DNA of 5,725 nucleotides from a virus (Duplodnaviria; Heunggongvirae; Uroviricota; Caudoviricetes): IMG/VR virus record IMGVR_UViG_2706794692_000009; one strand, 5' to 3'. Shown piece by piece: positions 5,695 to 5,725 of this stretch (position 1 is its first letter; each line of letters starts with the position of its first letter). The notes under the pieces were generated by a model. It saw only the letters and a program-made list of their open reading frames with translations, ran no database searches and was not told where the DNA came from. The position numbers and the translations under genes were made by a program.

Positions 5695-5714
5695 TATCAC
5701 TTAAATAAGTGATA
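5695..5714. promoter_or_regulatory. palindrome TATCACTTA-AA-TAAGTGATA (candidate operator)
   Basis: Perfect 9-bp inverted repeat with 2-bp spacer. The TATCAC half-sites resemble lambda-type operator half-sites (TATCACCGC). It is AT-rich with no flanking T-run, so a protein-binding site is more likely than a terminator. Confidence 0.3.
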
Positions 5715-5725
5715 GTCTTAATACT

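Noticed and set aside
5277-5712. Plus-strand ORFs 5277..5477, 5384..5665 and 5527..5712
   Set aside because: They are antisense to, or upstream of, the 85-codon operon-strand ORF, lack ribosome-binding sites, and have Ser/Cys/Arg-rich composition.
1-5725. Shiga toxin genes, CRISPR array, integrase or att site
   Set aside because: These were looked for because of the Stx-phage-like Q-tRNA layout. No StxA- or StxB-like ORF, no regularly spaced direct repeats, and no integrase ORF or tRNA-derived direct repeat were found in the visible sequence.

Overview
This window reads as the late-regulatory region of an enterobacterial lambdoid (pro)phage, with the phage operon on the minus strand (right to left). 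Order in transcription direction: an 85-codon unknown ORF (5542->5285), a RusA-like resolvase gene largely hidden by an N-run (5285->4917), a lambda-family Q antiterminator (4920->4099), a lambda-type pR' promoter with AACGAT pause element and an early terminator, a small winged-helix-like ORF (3874->3677) ending inside a second terminator, a beta-class DPPY DNA methyltransferase (3526->2468), tRNA-Ile2(CAU) and tRNA-Arg(UCU), then a poorly defined cargo region (117-codon ORF, a GC-rich hairpin island, an AT-rich block with a plus-strand ORF) and a small phage ORF (199->26). Three N-runs (824-1073, 1399-1597, 4997-5246) hide about 700 bp, so several calls are partial. The Q-tRNA-cargo layout matches the slot where Stx phages carry toxin genes, but no toxin gene is visible here. 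The most interesting candidates are the small DNA-binding ORF plus orphan methyltransferase module, which is flanked by duplicated pR' fragments, and the unassigned cargo between the tRNAs and the window start. All family assignments are from reading the translations and from memory of reference sequences; no database search was run.
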